Below are positions 51,853 to 61,562 of a stretch of 64,000 nt of DNA, one piece after another (the first letter of the stretch is position 1; every line of letters starts with the position of its first letter). The notes beneath the pieces were generated by a model. The model had not been told where the DNA came from. It searched no databases and saw only the letters and a list, made by a program, of their open reading frames with translations. The position numbers and the translations under genes are program-made. Origin of the DNA: Methanothrix sp. (lineage in GTDB: Archaea > Halobacteriota > Methanosarcinia > Methanotrichales > Methanotrichaceae); the NCBI GenBank assembly GCA_037128175.1, contig JBAXWY010000006.1, forward strand, positions 1 to 64,000. The letters run 5' to 3'.

Positions 51853-52836
51853 ATGAGCGAGAGAATCATAGAGGTCAAGGATCTCGAATACAAATACGGC
51901 GACTTCAAAGCCGTTGACGGCGTCTGCTTCTTCGTGCGAGAGGGCGAGATCTTCTCCTTCCTGGGGCCCAACGGGGCAGGAAAGAGCACGGTCATCAATA
52001 TTCTCACCACGCTTCTGCCCGTGCAAAAGGGCAGCGTCACCATTGCCGGATACGACCTGGCCAAAGAGCCGCAAGAGGTGCGCCGCTCCATCGGCATCGT
52101 CTTTCAGGATGAGACACTGGACCGCGACCTCACCGTCTGGGAGACCCTGGAGCTGCACGGCCGCATCTATTCCATGCCCAAATCGGAACGAAAAGAGAGA
52201 ATTGACGAGATCATAAAGCTGGTGGAGCTGGAGGAGAAGAGGAATGTGCGCACTCGCTTTCTCTCCGGCGGCATGAAGCGGCGGCTGGAAATAGGCCGTG
52301 GGCTGATGACCCGCCCCAAGGTGCTCTTCCTGGATGAGCCCACCATCGGCCTGGACACGCAAACTCGGCGCCGTCTGTGGGACTACATCAAAAAGGTCAA
52401 CGATTCCGGGACTACCATCTTTCTTACCACCCACTACATGGATGAGGCAGACCAGGTCAGCAACTGGATAGATATCCTGGACCACGGCAAGATCATCGCT
52501 TCCGGCGATCCGACCAAGCTCAAAGATGCCCTGGGAAATGATATGATCTACCTGGACACCAGCGACAACGTCGCGACGGAAGAAATGCTGCGGGGCATGA
52601 AGGCCGTTTCGAACGTCAAGGCTGCAGCCGCAGGCCTGGCCGTCACCATAAACGCAGACGGCACGCACTGCCTTCCCATCATCATGAACAGGCTGCGGGA
52701 AAGGGGCATCGATATCGTCAGCGTCAACCTGAAAAAGCCCACATTGGATGACGTCTTCGTGCACTACACGGGAAGGGACATCAGAGAGGCAGGGGCGGGC
52801 AAGCTGCCCCGCATTCAGCCCAAAGGAGGCCGGTGA
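51853..52836 (+). CDS. ABC transporter ATP-binding protein (DrrA-like)
   Basis: GPNGAGKST, LSGGMKRR, LDEPT, TTHY. Confidence 0.95.
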   Translation: MSERIIEVKDLEYKYGDFKAVDGVCFFVREGEIFSFLGPNGAGKSTVINILTTLLPVQKGSVTIAGYDLAKEPQEVRRSIGIVFQDETLDRDLTVWETLELHGRIYSMPKSERKERIDEIIKLVELEEKRNVRTRFLSGGMKRRLEIGRGLMTRPKVLFLDEPTIGLDTQTRRRLWDYIKKVNDSGTTIFLTTHYMDEADQVSNWIDILDHGKIIASGDPTKLKDALGNDMIYLDTSDNVATEEMLRGMKAVSNVKAAAAGLAVTINADGTHCLPIIMNRLRERGIDIVSVNLKKPTLDDVFVHYTGRDIREAGAGKLPRIQPKGGR

Positions 52837-53675
52837 AAATGAGCTGGGAATTTTTGACAATCTACTGGCGCGATATGCTCCGCTTCGTTCGCTTTAGAAT
52901 TGCTCTGGTCGTCTCTCTCATCCAACCGGCCCTGTGGATGGCGCTTTATGGGGCAGCCATGTCCAGCAACTTCTCGCGGCTTAGCTCAGGCATGACCGTG
53001 CCCGAGGGCGCAGTCGCTGTCTCCTACCTGACCTTCATGGGGGCAGGAGTGATTGCTTTGACCACCCTATTTACCAGCCTCTTTGGCGGCATCACTCTGC
53101 TGTTCGACAAGAACTGGGGGCTGATGAGAGAGCTGTTGGCCAGCCCCATGCCCCGAAACCACATCATCCTGGGCGTCGGCCTCTCCGGAGTTACCAAGTC
53201 CTTCATCCAGGTGATGGTCATCATGGGCTTTGGCCTTCTCATCGGGGTGCACTTCTTTCCCGGCTACACCTTGCTGGAGACGGCAGGTGCCATTTTGGGA
53301 GTGCTGCTCTTTGTGGGCGTCTTTTCCTTAGGATTTCTATTCCTCTCCTCGGCCATATCCATGAGCATGGACACTCCAGAGGGGCTACAGGCCGTCATCA
53401 CCCTTCTCACCCTGCCCCTGTTCTTCGCCAGCAATGCCCTCTACCCCATCGATGCCTTCCCGGGTGTGATGAGAACGCTCGCCCAGTTCAATCCGCTTAC
53501 CCATCTGGTGAACGGGGTGCGCTACTTTGCCGTAGGAAAGGACTTTTACGCCATCGGCATTCATTACGTTTACAACAGCTCCGACATCATGCTCTCCTTT
53601 TTGGCGCTGACGGGCTTTGCCGCGGTTATGTTCCTGGTGGCCTGGCGGGTTTTCAAGAATGCAGTGGTAACTTGA
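52833..53675 (+). CDS. ABC-2 type permease
   Basis: Six TM helices; QPALW; NPLTH. Confidence 0.92.
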   Translation: MKMSWEFLTIYWRDMLRFVRFRIALVVSLIQPALWMALYGAAMSSNFSRLSSGMTVPEGAVAVSYLTFMGAGVIALTTLFTSLFGGITLLFDKNWGLMRELLASPMPRNHIILGVGLSGVTKSFIQVMVIMGFGLLIGVHFFPGYTLLETAGAILGVLLFVGVFSLGFLFLSSAISMSMDTPEGLQAVITLLTLPLFFASNALYPIDAFPGVMRTLAQFNPLTHLVNGVRYFAVGKDFYAIGIHYVYNSSDIMLSFLALTGFAAVMFLVAWRVFKNAVVT

Positions 53676-53721
53676 ATCGAAATTTCAATGACTATCATGA
53701 TAAGTTAATGGAGGAAAAGAT

Positions 53722-54384
53722 ATGAAGGTCTTAGGAATTTGCGCCAGCCCGCGGGGCTCCAAGAGCACGACACTGCGGCTGGTTCAGGCCGTCCTGGACG
53801 GGGCGAAAGCCTCCGGTGCTGAGGTGGAAATGGTGGACGTCTGTGAGCTGGACATCAAGTTCTGCAACGCCTGCACCGTCTGCTTCAAGGAAGGGAAATG
53901 CGTGCACAAAGACGACTTCCAGGGTCTTTACGACAAAATCCTGGCTGCGGACGGCCTGGTCTGGGGCTCGCCCAACTACTTCGACACAGTCACCGCCCAG
54001 ATGAAGACGCTCATCGACCGCATGGCGGACGCCATTCACTGCCAGCTTCTGCGGGGCAAGTACTGCGTCAGCGTGGCCAGCGGTGGCAACAACTACGATC
54101 AGGTCACCACCTACCTGGACGGCCTGATGATCCACTTCGGGGCCTTTGTCACAGGAAACGTGGGAGCAACCATGTCCCAGGGCCCGGCGGCTCTAGAGGG
54201 GGCGGAGAAGAAGGCCGCCGTGCTCGGCAAATCTCTTGCCGAGGATATCAGGACCAAGCGCGACTATATCGAGCAAAGGGAGATGCAAGAGGAGATTCGG
54301 GAGTACTTCAAGAAACTCGTGAAGATGAACAAAGAGAACTGGGAGCACGAGTACGAGTTCTGGAATAAACTAAACTGGAACTGA
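53722..54384 (+). CDS. Iron-sulfur flavoprotein (multimeric flavodoxin) family
   Basis: ASPR, CNACTVC..GKC, GSPNY. Confidence 0.92.
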   Translation: MKVLGICASPRGSKSTTLRLVQAVLDGAKASGAEVEMVDVCELDIKFCNACTVCFKEGKCVHKDDFQGLYDKILAADGLVWGSPNYFDTVTAQMKTLIDRMADAIHCQLLRGKYCVSVASGGNNYDQVTTYLDGLMIHFGAFVTGNVGATMSQGPAALEGAEKKAAVLGKSLAEDIRTKRDYIEQREMQEEIREYFKKLVKMNKENWEHEYEFWNKLNWN

Positions 54385-54408
54385 GAGGAGATTGGCTGAT
54401 TTCGGCTT

Positions 54409-54456
54409 AAATAACAAAGATATCGCCTCGTTTGGGGGCGAGATCTTCGTTATTTA
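54409..54456. terminator. Long imperfect hairpin between convergent genes
   Basis: aaataacaaagatatcgcc ... ggcgagatcttcgttattt. Confidence 0.55.
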
Positions 54457-54477
54457 ATTACGAATATTATTCATTGT

Positions 54478-55173
54478 TCAAGATTTTCTTCCCACAGGCA
54501 GAACTCCGATGGGCTCTTCGCCGGGAGAGAGGGCCAGGTACTCTTTGGTTTTATTCTCATCAAATCCCGCGGTGTAGGTGGATCCCAGGCCCAGGGACAC
54601 AACTTGAAGAAGCAGATTTTCAGCAGCAGTCCCTGCCTCAATGTACACGAACCGGCTCAAATCCTGACCGGAGATTTTGTTTGTGCGTTCGAATACACCT
54701 GTGATTATGAAGACTGCCGGTGAGCCCGTTCTCCAGTCTTCCCGGCCACCTCGGCCGGAGTTAAAAAGCTCAGGGATCTTGTTGCCCTTGGATATAAGCG
54801 TCAGATTGTGACCCAGAGGGGAGTAGTGATAGACGCCGGCAGGCAAGCCTGTGACATTTCCTGCCAGAAGATAGACCTCCAGGGGATATGTTGCCATTGC
54901 CGAAGGCGATGTGCGATGGCCTTTGTCATCCGTCACGCCCTGGGCGGCCCAGGAGAGCTGAGAGATTTCATCCAGAGTCAAAGACTCGTTCCTGAAGCTT
55001 CTTATGGACCGCCTCTCTAAAAGGGCTTTTTCTACGCTCATGCCGCCATCGGTGCGGGGTTGCGGCAGCGTTACCACATCAGATGCCCCTTGATTTGAAC
55101 TTACGGACACCGCCATTATGGCCGTTAGAAGGACAATCAGGCCAACCACAAATACAATCATTGTTTGTCTCAT
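54478..55173 (-). CDS. SagB/ThcOx-type nitroreductase with N-terminal TM
   Basis: LPQP, RRSIR, RTSPSA, EAG. Confidence 0.88.
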   Translation of the reverse strand: MRQTMIVFVVGLIVLLTAIMAVSVSSNQGASDVVTLPQPRTDGGMSVEKALLERRSIRSFRNESLTLDEISQLSWAAQGVTDDKGHRTSPSAMATYPLEVYLLAGNVTGLPAGVYHYSPLGHNLTLISKGNKIPELFNSGRGGREDWRTGSPAVFIITGVFERTNKISGQDLSRFVYIEAGTAAENLLLQVVSLGLGSTYTAGFDENKTKEYLALSPGEEPIGVLPVGRKS

Positions 55174-55229
55174 TTTTCTCACCAGATCCACATAACTCTT
55201 TAATAGTTTCCAGCCCTACAATAATGTTT

Positions 55230-55844
55230 ATGCTAACACTGGAAGAGGGCAAGATGGCCGTCCATCTGGCCAGGCAGGCCCTGACCAACTACATCGAGAA
55301 GAAAAGAATTATCGAGACGGAAAATCTCTCGCCCGTCTTCGAGGAGAAGCGAGGCGTCTTTGTAACCCTGCACGAGGACGGCGACCTGCGTGGCTGCATC
55401 GGCTATCCTCAGCCCGTCATGCCGCTTGGCAAAGCGATCGTGGACTCGGCCATCAATGCAGGTTCCCGCGACCCGCGCTTTCCCGGCGTGCGTCCGGGGG
55501 AGCTCGGGAGAATTGAGGTGGAGGTGACCATCCTCACCAGGCCCAAAATCTACACCGCACCCAAAGAGAAGCTGCCCGAGCTGGTGCTGGTGGGCAGGGA
55601 CGGTCTGATCGTAACCAATGGTCCTTATTCCGGCCTGCTCCTGCCCCAGGTGGCTTTGGAGTGGGGCTTCGACTCACGAGAGTTCCTCTCCCAGACCTGC
55701 GTCAAGGCCGGGCTAGCAACGGATGCCTGGCTGGATGAGGATACACAGGTTCAGCACTTCGAGGCGCAGATCTTCGCAGAGGTGGCGCCGGATAGAGAGG
55801 TCTTCGAGAAGAGCTTCCCGGAGAGCGGATGCGGGACGGTGTAG
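55230..55844 (+). CDS. AMMECR1-domain protein
   Basis: GVFVTL, LRGCIG, DPRF, GLLLPQV, KAG. Confidence 0.93.
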   Translation: MLTLEEGKMAVHLARQALTNYIEKKRIIETENLSPVFEEKRGVFVTLHEDGDLRGCIGYPQPVMPLGKAIVDSAINAGSRDPRFPGVRPGELGRIEVEVTILTRPKIYTAPKEKLPELVLVGRDGLIVTNGPYSGLLLPQVALEWGFDSREFLSQTCVKAGLATDAWLDEDTQVQHFEAQIFAEVAPDREVFEKSFPESGCGTV

Positions 55845-55990
55845 GGGGATAGCTTATAGGATCGAAGATCACGCGCAGCGAGCTAGCTCAAGATGAGATC
55901 TCTCAGGATCTGGAGCCGGATTTTGACCTGGTGCGTCGCATTACTGCCAAGCTGAAGAAAGAGGGCCGTCTGTAGGGCAATCTCTTCCGC

Positions 55991-56363
55991 TCACTGCTTT
56001 AAAATATCCAATAGTCCTTGCTGAAATACCTGAAAACTTCGGGAACGATTGCGAGAGGGCACCATGTTTGCCGTTTTGGGCTGCGCTCCTGGCCACCAGG
56101 CCGGCATCTCTTGCCGCCCGGTCCAGCTTTTCTTTCAGGGATTGGCAGTCTTCTCGATCTTCATCGACCAGCACCACTATTCTCCAGTCTGGCGGCAAGA
56201 AATTCCCATAGCCTTTGAGCCGCTGGGGCAATTTGCTCAGCAGATCGGTTTTGCTCCGGTAGGCGTAAATGCCAAAGGTAATGCCGCTACCGCAGATCTT
56301 AGGAACCAGGTTTTGCAGTGCAGCCTCGGCAGAAGGCTCTTCCACAAGGAACTCGATATGCAT
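55991..56363 (-). pseudogene. DUF4276 protein with an internal deletion
   Basis: FLVEEPSAE and DED TOPRIM-like motifs; family-type C-terminus MVPSRNRSRSFQVF lies in another frame; middle missing. Confidence 0.7.
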
Positions 56364-56370
56364 CTCGAAT

Positions 56371-57633
56371 TTACCTCAGAGGGCTTTCTTTGGGCTTATG
56401 ACTTACAGCGATCTTCGGACCACCGGATGCAGTCAAAGGATCGCCCACCTCGAAGTGGCCCTCCATCCAGAGCTGCCCCAGGCTCGCCCCTTCTTTTAAA
56501 AATTCAGGTATGCCCTTCATATCCGACGCTTTTTTTGCCTGGGTGTAGCCGTGCTCATCCCTGTAGAGCACCCAGAGTTCTTCCGGCTTGAGGCCGTCAA
56601 CGAAGAACGGAGAGTGGCTGGTGACCATCAACTGCGTTCTCTCCGTTGCCATGCGGCACTCTTCCGCCAGCTCAGGCAGAAGGCGTGGATGAAGGTGATT
56701 TTCCGGCTCCTCTATGCCTATCAGCTCCGGTGGGCTGGGGGTCGTAAAGCAACGTCAGGTAGGCCAGCATCTTCAGGGTGCCGTCGGAGGCAAACTTGGC
56801 CAGGATGGGCTGCTCGAAGGGAGCGTCCTTGATCTGCAAAAGGAGACGGCCGTCGGGCATGAAATGAGACTCCACTTTTTCAAGCCTTGGCACACGTTCG
56901 GATAGTGCTTTTAAGACCTTCTCTAGTCGGTCTTCATGTTGTTCTTTGAGGTACTGAATCACATTAGGAAGGTTGTCCCCCGTCTCGGAAAGCCTCTCCT
57001 GGGGTCCGGCTTCAGGGGAATGCCACGGCTGGAGTCTGCGGTCAGATAAGAGAGATACCATCCGGCAATGAAGCGACGCAGTGCGCTGATCCGAGGATGC
57101 TTTGCCAACTGACCAAGTGTATTAACCGCAAGCACATCGGGAGATGTCAATATTTCGTGAATCCGCATCTCTTTTTCATCAGGCTGGTCCCCTGTGACCA
57201 CGAGACCCGCGCCGTTCTTGAAATCGAGGAACCGGAAAGACTTGCCTTGTGATGCCCTGCGCCACTGTAGCCACTCCTCGGCGACAAATGGACCGGTCGG
57301 GCCTTCATTGATGGATAGATGATAGGTAATGAGAAGCGAATCCTTGCTCTCACGATACTTCAACTCAATCACAATAGGCCCTTTCGAGCCTCGGGTGCGC
57401 AGCTCCTTAAATCTACTGCGTCTGTCCCAGGCTTTACGCAGACCTACGGAGAAACATTCGGAGAGAAAGGCGAAGACATCGAATATGGTTGATTTGCCGC
57501 TGCCGTTTGGTCCTAGGAAAACTGTGAATGGGGTGATGCCTTTGAGTTCGAGATCGTGCAAAGCTCTATAATTCTTTACACGCAAGTATTCAATTCGCGG
57601 GACCGACTGTCTGCTGCTCTCTGGATTAATCAT
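56371..57633 (-). pseudogene. AAA_21/ABC-type ATPase split by two frameshifts
   Basis: [20 protein letters not shown] and TSHSP spread over three frames. Confidence 0.85.
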
Positions 57634-58129
57634 GACTTCTCACATAATGATTTTGCACTTATTTAATGGTAACCCGCTCATAATGATATTCTCGGCCAAA
57701 GACAAAAGAGTCGTCCGCTTCGCCCGGCATCTGTATTTTGACATACGCCTTTTTGAATCCCATGCAAATGGCGCCGTTCCTCAACATCCCTCGGGCCCGG
57801 TGCCCTTCCCGGCCAAAACTCTTCATTCCACCCGGCTTTGACGGCGTCATCCGGCGGAATGCTGCGATATCGGCGGTCGATGTTCTCTCACAGAGCGCGG
57901 GTGGCGTATCTGAGCAAATATGCTTAAACGATTAGCTAATGGTTATTATATTCAGTTAATTTGCCAATTTTTTCTAATTTATAACTTTTTTTGCCGAATA
58001 TTTTTCAGGATTTGCAAAAGCGTTTGCAGCAAAGTCCTCGCGCTCTTCCACCCTTTTTTGGGGTACTTTTGGATTAAATTAATATACCGAATCAGAGAGG
58101 CTTATTCATATCCACGAAGGAGGAAAAAT

Positions 58130-58396
58130 ATGGCTGAGATGAGAAATTTCGCCCTGCGCGATGCTGAGGGAAATGAGATTGGAGTTTTTACAGGAAAATC
58201 ACCCAGACAGGCCGCCCTGAAGGCAGCCAACCGGGGCTTCACCGATATCAAGCTGCGCGAACGCGGTACCAAGAAGGTGCATGTGTTTACAGGAGAGAGA
58301 GTGCAGGTGGACAAGCCTGCGGGTGCACCGGCCTGGATGCCTGACAAGATCTGGAAGCCAAAGGTAAAGAAGGTCGGCATCGAGAAGCTGGAATAG
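58130..58396 (+). CDS. Non-histone chromosomal protein MC1
   Basis: GVFTGKSPRQAALKAA, LRERGT, PAWMP; GGAGG RBS. Confidence 0.96.
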   Translation: MAEMRNFALRDAEGNEIGVFTGKSPRQAALKAANRGFTDIKLRERGTKKVHVFTGERVQVDKPAGAPAWMPDKIWKPKVKKVGIEKLE

Positions 58397-58490
58397 GCGA
58401 AAGCCCTGTATCTGAAATCCAGAAAAGAAATGGGATGATGAGGCCAAGGTCGGCCTCACACCCGCATCCTTGCCTCGTAGCGGGAAATTC

Positions 58491-59696
58491 TCACATCCGG
58501 GCTTTTTTCGCGTCCGTACCAGGCTTTAAGCCACATATTGTTTCGAAATACCTCCAGCTGCCCCAGGTAGGAGCATTAGGATCAGGATCAAATTCTGAGG
58601 CATCGTTGTTGGCCTGTACGCGCCAGTAGTAAACAGGGTCATCATCCGGCAGGATCCCCAATGAACCTGAGCATCTGAATCCTTTTGTCACCTTATCTGC
58701 CCTAAAATCCCCTTCTGCCACAATAATGTCCTCTTCGTCCTGGTAGTTGATCACCTGCAAATGGTATTCTGTGGCAAGAGGTGATGCAGTCCAGGTGAAG
58801 GTTGGCGTGCCGGTGGAGATGAGCCCCTTGGGGGATAAGGGAGTCGATTTTCCCGGAGGCGTGTCCACATATCTGAAGCTCTTGTAATAGCTCCAGGGCC
58901 CTTCGCCCTTGCAATTAATGGCCTTAATCCACCACTTGTAGTAGATTCCAGGATCGAGATACAGTTCGGGGGGCGCAAAGAAGCAGACCTTATCTGTATC
59001 GGAGTACACATCTTCGACATTAAGATCTTCATCAAAGATGATCTCATTTGGATAGCTTGCTTCGGCTACCTTGAGGCGGTACTCAGTGCATCCGGTCACA
59101 GGCAGCCAAACAAAGGTCGGACTCATGCTGCCAATGTTATCTTTGGGCGAGACAAGCATCGCCCTGCCTGGGAAAGAGGAAGATGTGCAGACGGTAAATT
59201 CCATTAAATCGCTCAACTGATCGTCGCTGCCGCAGTCCCTACACAGGATGCTCCAGGTATAGGTTCCTGGACCCAGGCTTTCGGGAGGAGTCACTAAGAT
59301 TATACCATCATTATCCGGAGGGAATTCCGAGGCCTCATACCAGTGCTTGATCACGGTAGCATCCTGACCGTCCCTTACCTCCAGGCAGTAGTACTGGCAA
59401 CCACCCACGGCGTACCATGAATAGGTGAGCTTGCCGGTCTTCACGGTTTCAGAAGGCGATATAAGTTCGGGAGCTTCAAGCACCTGTCGAACCGATGCAT
59501 TTGCTAAAACCGTTTCCCGGGCCGCATCATCTAAGCCCGGCGAACTGGAAGCGTTGGCACTGCAGTTCGTGCAGTTCTCCGGTCCGCTCATTTTCAATGG
59601 TGTCTGAGCGACACATGATGCCGCCAATAGCAGCATTAGCATCCCAGCCATTGCCGCAATTGCCAGCTTCTTTTGAAGTGATTCTCGTTTAATCAT
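58491..59696 (-). CDS. Secreted protein with three FnIII-like beta-sandwich repeats
   Basis: Signal peptide; repeated LxSP...PTFxW...Y.L.V...YxWxI/V. Confidence 0.75.
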   Translation of the reverse strand: MIKRESLQKKLAIAAMAGMLMLLLAASCVAQTPLKMSGPENCTNCSANASSSPGLDDAARETVLANASVRQVLEAPELISPSETVKTGKLTYSWYAVGGCQYYCLEVRDGQDATVIKHWYEASEFPPDNDGIILVTPPESLGPGTYTWSILCRDCGSDDQLSDLMEFTVCTSSSFPGRAMLVSPKDNIGSMSPTFVWLPVTGCTEYRLKVAEASYPNEIIFDEDLNVEDVYSDTDKVCFFAPPELYLDPGIYYKWWIKAINCKGEGPWSYYKSFRYVDTPPGKSTPLSPKGLISTGTPTFTWTASPLATEYHLQVINYQDEEDIIVAEGDFRADKVTKGFRCSGSLGILPDDDPVYYWRVQANNDASEFDPDPNAPTWGSWRYFETICGLKPGTDAKKARM

Positions 59697-59935
59697 GAGA
59701 CCATCTCTTTTATTGTGAAGTAATTTGTAGACAAGTTATATATATTTTTTTCTTAAAGAATTGAATTTCATTGAAATGAAGACACTAAAAGACGAGCCTA
59801 GCCACTAAGAAATAATATCAGTAAAACAATTTTATTTTTACTAGCAGAGTCGCAAAAATCGCTAGAAAATATCAGGAATAGCTGATAAGAAATCAAAAAA
59901 AAGAAGGCTGCTAAAAAAAAGGGCAGCCTGTGTCT

Positions 59936-61240
59936 CTAGGGCACCAACCGCCTTCGGTCGCGCGGGAAGAGAACCGCATCGCGGATATTCTCCAATTTAA
60001 GCATGGTCATGACCAGCCGGGAGAGACCCAGCCCCCAGCCGGCATGAGGCGGCATACCGTAGCGGAAGGCATTGAGGTAGAACTCGAATCCATCCGGGTC
60101 CAAGCCTTTCCCTTTTATGCGCTCCACAAGCTGGCTGTAGTCATGCACCCTCTGCGCCCCGCTGGCCAGCTCCATGCGCGGATGCATGAGATCAAAACCC
60201 CGGCAAACCTCGGGCCGGTCCTCATAAGGCAAGGTGTAGTAGGGCTTTATGGAGGACGGCCAGTCGGTTAGGAAGTAGTGCTCGCCGATAGTTTCACCGA
60301 GGAACCTCTCCGTCTCTGTATCCAGATCATCACCCCACTGCATCTTGACGCCGGCCTTCGCTGCCGCCAGCTCCAGCGCCTCGGAATAGGTGATTCTCTT
60401 AAAGGGAAGCTTGGGAACTTGCAGATCCAGGCCCAATACCTCTAACTGGTAGCGGCAGTTCTCGGCCACATATAGGTAGGCTCCCGCCACCGCCTCTTCT
60501 AAAATCTCCATAACGTCCTTGTCATCGACAAAGCTAAACTCAATATCGATGGAGATGGCCTCATTGAGGTGGCGGCGGGTGTCATGCTCCTCTGCCCGGA
60601 AGATGGGCCCGATCTCAAAAACCCGGTCCATACCCGCACTCATGAGCATCTGTTTGTAGAGCTGTGGGCTCTGATTCAGGAAAGCCTCCTTCTCGAAGTA
60701 GCTGATGGGGAAGAGATCCGTTCCTCCTTCAGTGGCCGCTGCCACTATCTTGGGAGTGAAGACTTCAGTTACCCCTTTTTGGTAAAAGTAGCTTCTCAGG
60801 CTCTGCAAAACGGCGCTCTCGATCTCGAACGCAGCCAGAACAGAGGGCCTTCTGATGTCCATGAACCTGGCATCAAGGCGTGTGTCCAGCTCGCACTCCA
60901 CCTTCTCCGTGGGGTCCAGGGGCAAAGGCACCTGGGCAGCATTCAACACCTGGATTTCCGTGGGAAGGATCTCATATCCGCGAGGAGCTTTAGCCTCTGC
61001 CTTGACACATCCCCGCACCATTACCACACTCTCCCTGCTGATGGAGCGCGCGCTCTTGAACATCTCTTTTCCCAGCAGCTTCTTGACCAAAGTTACCTGA
61101 GCCAGTCCTTTCCTGTCCCGCAGTACCAGGAAGGCTATGCCCCCCAGGTCGCGCATCTCGTGGGCAAAGCCGGTTAAAATTACCTCTTTGCCATCCAATC
61201 CTGCGTTAATATCGCCGGAATAATGAGTTCTAAGGATCAA
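59936..61240 (-). CDS. aspS: Aspartate-tRNA ligase, probably non-discriminating
   Basis: [19 protein letters not shown]; His in GFAHE and Pro in KAPRG match the non-discriminating signature. Confidence 0.95.
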   Translation of the reverse strand: MILRTHYSGDINAGLDGKEVILTGFAHEMRDLGGIAFLVLRDRKGLAQVTLVKKLLGKEMFKSARSISRESVVMVRGCVKAEAKAPRGYEILPTEIQVLNAAQVPLPLDPTEKVECELDTRLDARFMDIRRPSVLAAFEIESAVLQSLRSYFYQKGVTEVFTPKIVAAATEGGTDLFPISYFEKEAFLNQSPQLYKQMLMSAGMDRVFEIGPIFRAEEHDTRRHLNEAISIDIEFSFVDDKDVMEILEEAVAGAYLYVAENCRYQLEVLGLDLQVPKLPFKRITYSEALELAAAKAGVKMQWGDDLDTETERFLGETIGEHYFLTDWPSSIKPYYTLPYEDRPEVCRGFDLMHPRMELASGAQRVHDYSQLVERIKGKGLDPDGFEFYLNAFRYGMPPHAGWGLGLSRLVMTMLKLENIRDAVLFPRDRRRLVP

Positions 61241-61352
61241 GTCGTCTCACGCCAGCGAGATTGGATTCATGATATAAAAACCGTCTGGATAAGATAAAGA
61301 CAAATAAGATGAGTGGCTACATTTCTTAAGTTGTTTATCAGGGTTTATAGAT

Positions 61353-61562
61353 ATGGCACTATCCTTGCAGGGTTTCCTGGGCCAGAAGGAATTCTGGATT
61401 TTTCTCTTCATCTTAGGGTGGGTGCTGCTCAACTGGCCTTTAATTGAACTGGCGAGCAGCCACGTTATATTAGGTACGCCGGCCATATTGGTTTATATTG
61501 CCTCGATCTGGCTATTTTTCATCCTGGCTCTGTATCTCTTCGATCGGGGGAATTTTGATTGA
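61353..61562 (+). CDS. Small two-TM membrane protein, partner of the SLC5 sensor
   Basis: GWVLLNWP..GTPAILVY; TTGA overlap with the next gene. Confidence 0.8.
   Translation: MALSLQGFLGQKEFWIFLFILGWVLLNWPLIELASSHVILGTPAILVYIASIWLFFILALYLFDRGNFD

Noticed and set aside
54478-55173. RiPP cluster from YcaO-TfuA plus the SagB-like enzyme
   Set aside because: About 32 kb apart with no precursor peptide; YcaO-TfuA is the known MCR thioamidation pair.
57640-57920. GC-rich intergenic stretch with a ccacccggc/ccggcgg hairpin
   Set aside because: Too little nested pairing to call an RNA; ORFs unconvincing.
57920-58130. N-terminal extensions predicted for MC1, EF-2, AMMECR1, TfuA and the NosD protein
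   Set aside because: Upstream in-frame starts run through promoter DNA or neighbouring genes; downstream starts fit family length.
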